Assembly: GCA_048128005.1 (NCBI GenBank)
Contig: JBEUKZ010000006.1
Location: 434,001 to 498,000 of the forward strand
Origin: Veleropilina oligotropha
Lineage: Eukaryota
Length of the DNA stretch: 64,000 nt
Direction of reading: 5' to 3'
A program made the translations under genes and the position numbers. Under the pieces are notes generated by a model. That model ran no database searches, had not been told where the DNA came from, and saw only the letters and a list, made by a program, of their open reading frames with translations. Shown in pieces: positions 35,812 to 48,113 of this stretch (positions within the stretch are counted from its first letter, which is position 1; each line of letters starts with the position of its first letter).

Positions 35812-37310
35812 CACTCAGCAAAATTGAAAACTTGACACTTCTTAAATTTGATGTATTTTTTGTTCTAAATCTGCTAGTGTACATAAATTTGTAAATTATT
35901 CTAAGAAAATAAGCCATCTAACACATTGATGAACAAAAAGTGTTTTTTAATCAGACACAGTTGTTTGAATTGACACACCCTCAAAATTGAAGTTAACACA
36001 AACATGAATTAAAGATTTGAAGAACGTCAATAGCGATTATGACCACCACGAGCGTCCATTATTGCTACACATCGTCTCCTCATGGACTGCAGAACATGTC
36101 TGAACACTCATACCGGAAGTCGGCGCATTGGTGGATCAGATCCCTGCCAAGTTCCGGAAGTGTCTGTGGCTGTACCCGCTGCCTTCTCAACCTTCTGCCA
36201 AGCTCATCCCAGATGTGTTCAATGGGATTGAGATCTGGAGAAAGTGATGGCCATTCCATGACGTCAACATTTGCAGCTTGAAGCAGGTTATGTGGCAGTC
36301 TTGCAGTGTGCGGCGTAGCATTGTCATGTTGAAATGTGAGGCCAGGACCATGTTGTCTGTAGAAGGGCAACAAAACTGGATTGAGGACCTGATCCCTGTA
36401 CTGTGCTGCCATCAGATTTCCTTGGATGACAATCAAGGGTGTTCTGGCATTAGCTGTGAATGCTCCCCAAACCATGACACTGCCACCTGCAAACCTGTCA
36501 ATCTCCCTGACACAAGCTGAGGCATACCGCTTCCTTCTCCTAAGCCACACCCTAACACGTCCATCAGCAAATCTGATTGTGAAACAAGACTAGTCACTAA
36601 AGATGACTCTGTTCCACTGTCTCTGGGTGAATCTGAGGTGTTCTCGAGCCCATGCAACCCGCTGACGTCGGTGGAGTTGAGTCAATATCGATCCTGCATA
36701 CGGTCTTCGCGCTCGAAGGCCAGCAGCTCTAAGACGGTTTCTGATGGTCTGGGGTGTCACACGACATTGAAAGAGTTCATTACTGGTTAAAGTTGCTGTC
36801 ACGAAATGATTCCGAAGATGACGTAACCGGATTTGTTGGTCTTCATTTGGAGTCGTAACACGTCGGGCACCTGGATGTGGGCGGTCTGCTGTGGTTCCAG
36901 TTCCTTGGAGACGTGTTCTCAGATTGTGGATCGTCTGCATCCAAATATTCGCGCAACTTCCGCCACAGACTGTCCAGCCCCTAACCTGCTGATGGCGCGC
37001 TCCCTGTCCTGACATGAAAGACGCGGCATTGATTAATTTCCCAGTTAAAAAAACTTTCTTTATGTTTTTCGGAAGAAACACTATCGAAACGACACAATGA
37101 CTGTCTCTTTCGAAAAAATAATGTGCAGTAGCATTTTCAGAGCGGAAATTGACATTTCTTGAAAATTTCAAGAATAATCTGATCAAGATTCACGATTTTC
37201 AAACTGTTGTGTCATGGTCAGCAATGTTATGTTATTGATTTTCACATATTTTAAATTTTTCCGATTATATTTTAAAAGACCATGTGTCAAGTTTTCATTT
37301 TGGCTAAGTA
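35812..37310 (-). mobile_element. Tc1-family DNA transposon (~1.5 kb)
   Basis: TA-CACTCAGCAAAATTGAAAACTTGACAC ... GTGTCAAGTTTTCATTTTGGCTAAGTA-TA. Confidence 0.88.
36080..37010 (-). pseudogene. Tc1 transposase, DD34E, with stops and frameshifts
   Basis: VIFSD* ... GGSVMVWG ... FQHDNATPH ... WPSLSPDLNPIEHIW; I count 34 residues between the second D and E. Confidence 0.9.
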
Positions 37311-38482
37311 TATATATATATATTTTACAAAGTTCATACAACCTTGACCTTTGATTCGGACTCAAATACGAAATATGTAGGTTCAGCGGTTTGTCTTTTA
37401 AGTGACAGAACGGAAATATGCGAAAATCACATTGACCTTTGACCCAGTGCCAAAAACCGAAGTGATGCTCCGAAGTACCATCTACATAATTATGTTATCT
37501 AAAATTAGTCTGGACTGCTAAATATTTAACATTTTGGTTCTACATATCCCAGTAAGATAAGATAGGCTACATGAAATATTTTAGCTGTGGTACGAGTTGT
37601 CGTTTTACCGTGGTTGTGGTACGAGTTGCCCCTGGACCGTAGTACTGTTGCAGCCCAACTTTCCACACCTGCCGAAGTTAACTTGGGCACTGCCCAGGTT
37701 AACATCGGCAGAGCCCAACATACCATGGCAAGTTAGGCAGGCCCAAGTTAACTTCGGCAGAAAGACCCGTTTTCATATTTCTTACTACTGAATGCAGGGA
37801 CTGCTAGCAAAAACAACAGTGAATAGGTTATGGGCAGTTTTACGGTAATTGGGCCATTTGAAAAATTGAAGATTTTCATTGTTATTTAAATAGCAGTGTG
37901 ATATAATTATTGTGTTATGTATCACAAAGGAAGAAATTTTTTTGCACACGCTGGACTCGAAAACGAATTGAAAATATATGTATCCATTGCGAAGATATGA
38001 CCTTAAGGGTGCGGAAAATGGACAACTTTTCTGTCTCATTTTCAGTATTTTGTGCAACAAAGTGCTGCAGAAACCATACAATGAAATGAAACATATTAAT
38101 TAAACTGTAGACCAGCTATAGATATATCATGTATCAATGAAATAAGGCTTTTGAAAAATTAGATCACACCTGTTTTCTAATTTTCAGGTGAAATGTGAAG
38201 TATGTAATTTCCGTCAAACGAAATATCCTTTCCATCCTCCATAGGTAACTCAGAAGATATATCATCAATGATCATTTATATTTTTGTACATATAGAATAA
38301 CATATTGTTGTTCAAAATTAATACATGTCATGTGTCTGGATGTGAATTCCAGAGGAAAACAGACTTTGATGCACAGAAACAAATGTTTCCGTCAAACGCA
38401 TGTCTGTTCCGTCCAAATAGTGTTTTACACGCTGTGAATTGGTAGCTTATCCTAACGTAACAAAAGTTTTCATGCAACATGG

Positions 38483-38726
38483 CAGGGTTCTGCCCATGGT
38501 GGGCGCATGTACCCGGCACTCATGACTCGCCGCCCGGCACTCGAGACCTGCCGCCCACTAATTTTATTTTATTTTTGCTTTTACATTGAATTTGGACATC
38601 TTAATATAGCAGCATATTTTCTACTTAGGCGTACATTTTACTCATTTTCATTTATCACGCGGCACGACTATTTTACCAACCGGCACTCAAGATTTTCCCA
38701 CTCATGATTTTCTGGGCAGAACCCTG
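38483..38726. mobile_element. hAT-like MITE
   Basis: 14-bp TIR CAGGGTTCTGCCCA / TGGGCAGAACCCTG; internal CCGGCACTC repeats. Confidence 0.7.
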
Positions 38727-39430
38727 CATAGTGGTGGTAAATTTAATGTAATTTATAAATTTTGTCAAGATGCTTTGTATATTTATGTCGCTTTGCCAGC
38801 AATACTTACTGTCAATGTCAATAAGTCCTTTCCGACCTTTATGAATTATGACCATTATTGCATAAATTAAAAGACAAGCATTGATCAAATAATTAATCGC
38901 TAATATGAATATTAGACGACACTTTCCTAGTATACAATCAACTATTTGTCTAATAGTACATTGCACACACTGGGCCACGTCTCTGCCAATGTATGGATCA
39001 TGTCCCAACAGTAACTGAAACACATTTTGATTGTCCACAGAATTGTTCATACAAATGAATCCATTTCTGTTTATCATCCTTAGCAATGCTTACACATCAC
39101 AAATAATGCTTTTGGAATGTATGATTTTGAAAATGTTGGTATATTAGCAGCTAAAGAACTATGTATGTTAAAAGGTGTATTGTGTCAAACAACTTGTCCT
39201 TTCCGTCTAAACTGGTCAAATGACTTTAATGGCTTATACCTTCCAAGTAAGTGATAACTTAAACATAGATTTTGTGGTTATTTGGAATGAGTACAACTGC
39301 TAAAATGTAAAAATAAATATTTAAGTGTTGTTACTCCTGATATGCAACATTAATGTACCTTGATGAAGACAAAACCAATTTTTACCATGTGTGTTGTTGT
39401 TGTTGCCTCTTCAATTTTAGTAATAAATTA

Positions 39431-42025
39431 AAGCTGCGAGCAGCTGTGAGGGCTTCAATCAGATAAACGAAATAAAAAAAAGACGTAAAATAAAAATAAA
39501 TAAAAAAGTTTAATTAAAAAAAAAAAAAAAATACAAAAAAATACTAAATTTAAATTATACATATGGCCACTCTGAATCGAATGCCGCCAATCTTAGATTT
39601 CTACGCCGAAAGTGCTAGGGGGGCCGGAAAATTTTGAAACCTAGATGCTATGAAATCTATTATCTTGTGCATTAACCTATGATGGAAATTAAGAAGTATC
39701 TATAATAATGAATACGCAACTGGACTGACCAACAGAATATCAATGTTTTCACCATATATTAACAGTTAATGAATCATGTAGCCTTCTGTTGGCTAAATGT
39801 TTACTTAAGCCTGATAGCAGAACTTCTCAAGGGCCTTGCTGTCCACTGGACAGGGTTGCCGCGTGGCTTTATGACACCTCAAAGAGACAGGCTCATAAAC
39901 TGCCTACTTCATCTGGTAAGGCAATTAGCACTGAGCTGGTCGCGCCGAAATGAGACGAGGAATTAAAATAGTATTTTTTAAACAATGAAAGTACTTATTG
40001 TATTCTTGTCACAATTCTCTAATATAACGATCTTTATATAGTATATTTTATGCGAAAATCTGGAAGAAAAAGGACGATTTTTAGAGGCGCTATGAAGCAA
40101 TATTCATCTAAAAAAACTAAGTCTAATAACTCTCAAGCAACTCATTTTAGCGATGTATTCTATAGATATTACATTAGATATTTTCGATACGAATAAAATG
40201 AATTGCGTCACGTTTCATATAAATGAAAATTAAAGAAGTTACAGTCAATTTAATATTAAATTTAATGTCTTCATAACTCCTTTTTAATTTGTCTCACAAA
40301 GTATTCCATTAGAACAACATATACCGATATAATGCTTTGTCAAAACTACCAAGTGTCGATAAGATCACGCTACTCAGTTCTGAGAAAAGCGCATTTTAAT
40401 GTTTTCAAAAAATCAAAGATTGCGACGAAACCATGGCATTTATTGGCTAAAATTTTGCGGCAAACATTACTTGATATCGATGCGCACTCACCCTGGAAGA
40501 TTGGAAAGATTTCGTGTAGTGCATTGAAAGATACTGCAGAAATGAAAAATTGAAAAAACTTCAAAATTTTGTCAAGATTAGGACGCCCGTAGCGATCTTA
40601 GCATTGGAAAAATGAAAATTTCATTTCCAAGAGATTGTTGTCTCAATAGTCTAGATCATGCCTTTGAAGATTTTGTCTCGATCTCGAAAGCCGTGTAAGA
40701 CTTATATCGTTTTTGAAAAGAGGTCATTTTTTAACAAAATTGAAGATTACGACCAAAGCATAAAATCCCGAAACTTGAAAATAGAACGAGGCAATGCTTC
40801 AATGATGTGCCCAAGCACACATGAATTTTGACTGCAGAAATGAAAAATTGAAAAAACTTCAAAATTTTGTCAAGATTAGGACGCCCGTAGCAATCTTAGC
40901 ATTGAAAAAATGAAAATTTCATTTCCAAGAGATTGTTGTCTCAATAGTCTAGATCATGCCTTTGAAGATTTTGTCTCGATCTCGAAAGCCGTGTAAGACT
41001 TATATCGTTTTTGAAAAGAGGTCATTTTTTTACAAAATTGAAGATTACGACCAAAGCATAAAATCCCGAAACTTGAAAATGGAACGAGGCAATGCTTCAA
41101 TGATGTGCCCAAGCACACATGAATTTTGACTGCAGAAATGAAAAATTGAAAAAACTTCAAAATTTTGTCAAGATTAGGACGCCCGTAGCGATCTTAGCAT
41201 TGAAAAAATGAAAATTTCATTTCCAAGAGATTGTTGTCTCAATAGTCTAGATCATGCCTTTGAAGATTTTGTCTCGATCTCGAAAGCCGTGTTAGAGTTA
41301 TATCATTTTTGAAAAGAGGTCATTTTTTTACAAAATTGAAGATTACGACCAAAGAATAAAATCCCGAAACTTGCAAATAGAACGAGGCAATGCTTCAATG
41401 ATGCGCCCAAGCACACATGAATTTTGAAAGCTGTAGCTATAGCCGTTTTCGCGCTAAAGTGCCCACAAAAAAACGTCAGAATAAGAACAAGATATAGCCA
41501 TTTTTAAATTGATTTCAGTATGGCCGCCGGTTAAATTAAAAATTCAAAAATCCACTCTCAAGACATTTTTGACAAGCGACTCTGGCATCCGAATATACTA
41601 ATCATGTCCCGCTAGGTTAAATATTAACAAAGTTATAAAAGAAGCTAGTTTATGACGTAATTCAAGATGGCCGCCAGACTACTAGCGCCATAAACTTGAA
41701 AATAGAACGAGGCAATGCTTCAATGGTGTGCCCAAGCACACATGAATTTTGAAAGCTGTAGCTATAGCCGTTTTCGCGCTAAAGTGCCCACAAAAAACGT
41801 CAGAATAAGAGATGTAATTCAAGATGGCCGCCAGACTACTAGCGCCATGAAACTTGAAAATAGAACGAGGCAATGCTTCAATGATGTGCCCAAGCACACA
41901 TGAATTTTGAAAGCTGTAGCTATAGCCGTTTTTGCGCTAAAGTGCCCACAAAAAAACGTCAGAATAAGAATAATAACCGGTACAATTTCAATAGGGCTTC
42001 AAGCTTGAAAGAGCTTGAAGCCCTA
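39431..42025 (-). mobile_element. HINE-like element with 298-bp and ~160-bp internal repeats
   Basis: AGCTGCGAGCAGCT hairpin plus AGGGCTTCAA at the left end; TAGGGCTTCAAGC..GCTTGAAGCCCTA palindrome at the right end. Confidence 0.6.
40533..41427 (+). repeat. Tandem repeat, 3 x 298 bp
   Basis: Units start at 40533, 40831 and 41129 (ACTGCAGAAATGAAAAATTG) and are nearly identical. Confidence 0.93.
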
Positions 42026-43583
42026 ATAAGTCCATTTACAAAACAGCATAGCAATATGTTTATTGTCCACAGTGCCTGAAACAATTATTATTAACATTGA
42101 CTATGCATATGATGAAGAAAGGTGCATAATACTGGTGTCAAACATGAATCAGGCCAGAAAGGACATTTAGTTTGACTGCTTAGTATGCAAACAAATATGA
42201 AAGTTACTCTGTTCGGGCAACATATTGTGACAGAAATAGACCAGCCTTGCGTTCAGGATGCAAAACGTTTTGTCTAAAAACAAAACGTTTTGCATTTTGT
42301 CGTTCAACTAGCAGAGCGCTTTCTGAAAACGTTTTGCACACGGCGTGCAACCTTCTTCGTAGGTTACACGCTGCGTGACCAAGATGGCGGACGAAAGACC
42401 GACTGTGAATCAAGGACTGAATGTCAAATTTATTTTGCGACATTGAATTCATTTGGAAGTCACATACTATTAATTAATCAGAGTCTTAATCGAAATAATA
42501 TGTAAATTAAGAAAATAATTTAATTTCAAGTTTCTACTGATAGCTTATGGTGCTTTACCACTTTTTTATATGCTGTATTCGACAAACGCTAGCAACGGCA
42601 GATAACTACGCAATTCAGCGATTTGCATTGGAATGTATGAAAATATTATGTAAACAATGATAATAACCGATATGTCAAGCAGCAGCTGGTGATGCAAAAG
42701 GAAACAATTTTAAATCATATGTCGCTGTTATTTATAGATGATAGTTGTACCAACAATCGGATTTTACAAGAATTGTCAATGTTGTACGTCGTTTTGAAGT
42801 TCTATAATAATTTTATTTATTTAATCAAAATTTCGGCAATACGCGACGAAAGTGTCAATATATAGCCTTCGACAAGGATTGATGTGTTCCGTAGTGATAA
42901 ACACGGACCAGCTCTAATAGCATGGAAGTTTCTTAATTGATGGATTGGCAGGCGTATTAAAAGGTGTTATCATTAGCACATTCGTTGATTGATCATCGGT
43001 AAATGAAGTCAATAAAGTCGGCCATTTTGGAAAACGTTTCCAATACCAAAGTGTATTCATAAAGCGTGCAAAGCGCTTTTGGAAAACATTTTGCTGGAAA
43101 GTCGATCTTGAATGCACGGCAGAGCTTTGTGCAAAGCTGTTTTATATGAAGAAAATTAACCTAGTTATTAATTTAAAAACAAATTCATCATGGAAATGTC
43201 CAATTTGGAGAAAATTAATAGAATTTACCCAATTTTTCGGTCCAACTTTTGATAATATGTATAACTGCTTGAGACATTTAGAAAAGAACTATTAGTAGAT
43301 CCACTAACATTAATTAAATTATTTCAGAGAAAAGTAATTTGTTTACAATTCAAAATATTTACTAATTATTCAGATTCAAACTAATGTAACTCTGCAACCT
43401 TGCGGTGTTTTGCTCATTGTCATGCGTATAATTTACTACAATGTTACATCAAACTTACTAGGAAAAAAATAAGTTGAAATTTTAGCAAAATGAGACGAAT
43501 TTGGCCCAATTACTGTAAAACTGCCCTTATATTAAACCATTTTTATGACGTCATTCTATTGTCTTGGCCCGTGGTCTAACTGG

Positions 43584-44278
43584 CATGGCCAGTGCCACCT
43601 ATTCGCCACTTCGCCAAAGACTAATGTAACTAACATCTGGCGAGAAGCTTGACTAAATGGCTAATGTCTTTGGCCAAAAGTTGGTCCAAGTCAAACCATG
43701 TGTAGCGTATCAGTGTCACCTGTTGTAAATTAACTGACTGTTGCAAACTAAACAACAGTTATCACCATCTTTACAAAGTATATATCTGCTAACAAAATTG
43801 ATAGTTGGTCATTTCATCATGGAACACTGCAATGGGTGACATTGCCATTAATCTACCCAAAGAATTTATCTGACTTGGTCACTCGATCGTGACTCCTAAT
43901 ATGCACAACAGATTTGATAAGGCACACAGAGTGTATCTCTTTTCAATAATGAGTAAATATAAGCAAGGAATAAATTTCTTGCTAACAGTGACATTGAGTG
44001 GTATGTGGCCAATTATGATAAGGAGATATGGCAAAGATTAAACGTAATACTGTAAACTGGTGCTGGTTTATATATATATATTTGTTTACTTTATCCATCT
44101 GACAGTAGATATTCTACTTAATGCTGCAATTGAACTTAACATGCCATGTTTAATAACATAGTTTAGTGCTGTACTTTTGTCGATTCTCTGTGCTGTATAA
44201 TATCCTTAATATAACGTTGGCTCAAGGTTGAGAAATTTGCAGGTGGCTAAGGAAATTATGTAGGCGGCGCTGGCCCTG
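43584..44278. mobile_element. hAT-like MITE inserted into the palindrome of a dispersed repeat
   Basis: CATGGCCAGTGCCACCTA / TAGGCGGCGCTGGCCCTG ends; the flanks rejoin to the uninterrupted copy at 25951-26215. Confidence 0.65.
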
Positions 44279-45933
44279 CACTGGCCATATTGTCAGTTAG
44301 ACCACGGGGGACTACTTTCTTACACTAAAAATGGGTGTATTAGGTTATTAAAATCACACATTTTAAATTATTTTACACTTTTGCAATGGTTTAAGTTGGC
44401 TATATCAATCAGTTTGTGTTATTTAATCGGAAAAGCCCGTGCAGTTAATTAACTCGGCGCTTCGAGCCTCGTTGATGAACTGCATGCTTTTCCGATTAGA
44501 CAACCAAACCTCATGGCATAACCTCTACTTATATGGAGTGGCCATCCATACGGATATGCACATCATGGTTGCAATTATTAATGTTTTACTCATTTAAAAT
44601 ACTTGTTTTTCGTTACATGATAAATTAATTGATCTCCGAGTGTGCATTCTTTAGGAAAATCTAGTGATTATTTATTCGTGTCTGTCATCGGTTTAGTTTT
44701 TGTGTCATATATAGCATTAAAAACAATGTTAGGCCTACAATACCTGTACTTAAAAAGTAGGGACTGACCAGAAGGCTATGAGCATCTGGCATTGATAATT
44801 TGACATTGTGTTTTTACAGGTAATTAAGATCCGTGTTATGCAATCTTTCAAAAGCTTCACAGAGCAAAGATCACTAATGAACAACTGTTGTATGTAGGCC
44901 ACTCAAGCAAATTAAAAGACAAGATCAGTTTTTGATGTTAGATTAGAATCAGATTATACCGTTGTGTATGAAAAGAATCAAACATTTTTTGTCTTTATTA
45001 AATGCAATTATATGACTTATTAGGCATGTATACATGAATTTCTGAACCCATGATACATGGCTTTTATAAATATATATGTGCCCTAAAGTGCTTATTTATA
45101 ATCTTTGGGAAAACAAAGTCATAAAATAGCTAGATAATTGATAAATAAATACGATGATAATTATTTATAAATTATTTCGTTATAAAATAAAAACATAATT
45201 TAATGATCTTGCATATATATTACACATTATATATATTTTTACGTATCGTATATATACGCCTACTCGGTAGGCTATAGGCTATGTTACGGGCCTCCATGTC
45301 CCGATCACAACACGCAACTAGACTTAAGACCAGCTGTAAGACATGGTAAAACTTTATTTTTATCAAATGGGGTGTTGTTATTGAACTCCAAAACTGTTAC
45401 TAACAAAAGTTTTAAAGATTTCTGCTATAGTAGGAACCCAATTGATTGATGGAGATGTAACGTCGACGAGCATATTTTTTTTTAATAAAAAGAAATTCGA
45501 AAACGAGGCTTCCTGCCGTAGTTAACTTGGGCTTCCCCAACTTGCCGAGCAAAGTTGAGCACTGCTGAAATTAACTTGGGCATTGTGGGAAGTTGGGCTG
45601 CAACAGGACGACCTTGGGTGCGCTCGAAATGCTGTCCAGAACGTGTAGGACAGACAGAACAGCCCTCGAACGGTCTAAAATATTGTCCGGAACCTGTGCC
45701 GTCTGTTCCACCCAGCGAGGTGGAACAGCGGGAACTGTGACGTCACCCATCATGTGACTATCAATTTAAACTTCCATATAATGATTTTCAAAGTAAATAA
45801 CATCTTAATGTAATAGATATTTAATACGATGGCAAAAATATGATTTTTACAGTATTTATTTGACATTTTGGAATCATATTAATGCGAATTTTCTTTGTTG
45901 ACATTTTTTTTAACCTGCCGGGAGTTATATGTA

Positions 45934-46232
45934 CAGGGTTCATACGCGTCCTGGAAAGTCCTGGGTTTTTATTGTTGTCCTGGAATGTCCTTGAAAAGCC
46001 TGGAATTTACTGATTATGTCTTGGAAAATTGAGTTTATCATACTTTTTTGTGCCAAACCGACATGTATTGAGTTTTTGCATTACTTTATATAAAATATTA
46101 TGACAATACAATATATTTATATGCGATCAATGAATGTCTTAGACTCACAAATGTCCTGAAATAACTTTAATTTCAACAAATAATGTCCTGGAAAGTCCTT
46201 GAATTTGTCAAATCCCAAGTGTATGAACCCTG
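45934..46232. mobile_element. hAT-like MITE
   Basis: TIR CAGGGTTCATAC / GTATGAACCCTG; subterminal GTCCTGGAA repeats. Confidence 0.75.
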
Positions 46233-48113
46233 TATACTATATGAAGAAATTGTGTCTATTTTTACATGTTATTTAATAGTAACAAGACACAGTCATCGAT
46301 ATCCCCCACAATGATTACCATCATGAAATAGTGAATATCCAAAAAGAATAGAGAGATTAACAAAAAAATAAAAGGCTCAGTAAGTTTCGTAAAGTTATGC
46401 CTAGCGAATTACAAGATATGCTCCGGAAAATATAACATAAACAAATTTACAATAAAAGCAATAACTCTGAATAATCGCAGTGCAACGTCAAAATTAGCAA
46501 AAGGCACCAGTTCACCAACTACTTAACATACCCAGCCAGGGTTTCCGCCAGGAATATATTTTTGGGTAGACTTATTTGCAACCGTATGTCAACAAAATTT
46601 AGATTTTCCACACTGTGAAACGGCCTCTCCTGATATCTGAGAGGATAACACGTAACTTCATAATTGTCGTCAGAACACATTTATTTAATGACTAATAAAG
46701 CTCTCCTTTCACTAGTCTACTGCCGAAAATCATTTCAATGTAATTTCCGGGCGACATTTTATCGACACGTGATGACGTCCTATAGAAACCTCGCATCCGC
46801 GAGTTTATGTAATTGCATTATGTATTCCATTATTTTGGTCCATGTCAGAATAATTTCACTTATTTAGTAAAGCGTGTGTAAATAATTTATGAATCTAGTC
46901 ATTCAACATTGCAAATATTCGTTCGACCTGGATCCTTGGTCGTATAACCTCGCTTGGCACGTCATCTTCGGGTTATGCAAAATATCTAACATTTTCCGTT
47001 TTGGCGACTCTTGATTGGTTAACTCAGCAAACTCCGGACAAATACTGATTACATTTTACTTTCGGCTATGTAATTGATGAAAGATTTCCCATTTGTATAA
47101 ATAGAACACTACATAGTCTTCTGAGGTAGGCTTTTGACGCTGTACCAATAGCAGACGACAGTGACCTAGATATCATACGACTCCAAGCTGGGTGTCGATT
47201 AATTAAGCAAATTTTATGAAATAAAAAGACGTCTGTTTTTATTGATATAATTTATTCTTTGGCCTATTATATTTTATTAGAAATTAAGTCACGAAATACA
47301 TTTGGCAACAACTGTCAGAGCTTTTCAGTGATGATGTTAGTGTGTCACAGAATATCGCATTCTGACAATTACAAAAAATATATATATATAGAGTGGAATT
47401 TTTACTGAGTATTATATTCTACTCTTACCAGGCGAGAATTTCGACCAGTGTTACCGGGAGAATACGCCGTGGTGTTAGTCGGACGAGGTGAACGGAAGTG
47501 CAATCAGCCCCTGGCACGGCCGGAAGGATAAATCCCTGTAGGTCTTACGTGTCATGGACCAGTGGCAGCCAAATGGGACTCCGGGCCTATAGGCCGGTAG
47601 CCAGAGGATGCAGTCGGATTTGTAAGCACACGGAACCTAACAGGTTGTGAAAGCTTTAAAATCAAAAGCAAAGAATTAATAGATTATATAATAATCGATA
47701 TTAATAAGTAGTTCGTATGACCAACTTGCGAACGCTAACATGGACGACATGTCACTTAAAATAAATTTTAAGGAAGCAAAAATGTTCGACATGTTACTTA
47801 AAATAAATGTTAAGGAATCAACATTTTAAATGTATTGAACATCGTATGTTCGATTACAGCAAAGAACATAATAATATTGAACCCTAATCTTTTTAAGATT
47901 TGTGCAAAATTATCAAAGTTGTTTTATTAAATTCAATGTGATCTGGCTTATGTCAACACTCAGTCTGACATGAGAAGTACAAAATCTTAAATTAGATTTA
48001 AGAAATGAACAGACATTGAACTGCCCCATAGGTGTTAATTACATAGCACCGTTTGGCCAACGAAAATAAAATGGCGTCAGTAAATATGCAAATGAGCAAT
48101 CAGAGAACAATAC

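Larger units (their letters stand above)
37832..43526. mobile_element. Large non-autonomous TIR element containing nested insertions
   Basis: GGGCAGTTTTACGGTAATTGGGCCA at 37832 and its reverse complement (1 mismatch) TGGCCCAATTACTGTAAAACTGCCC ending at 43526. Confidence 0.6.
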
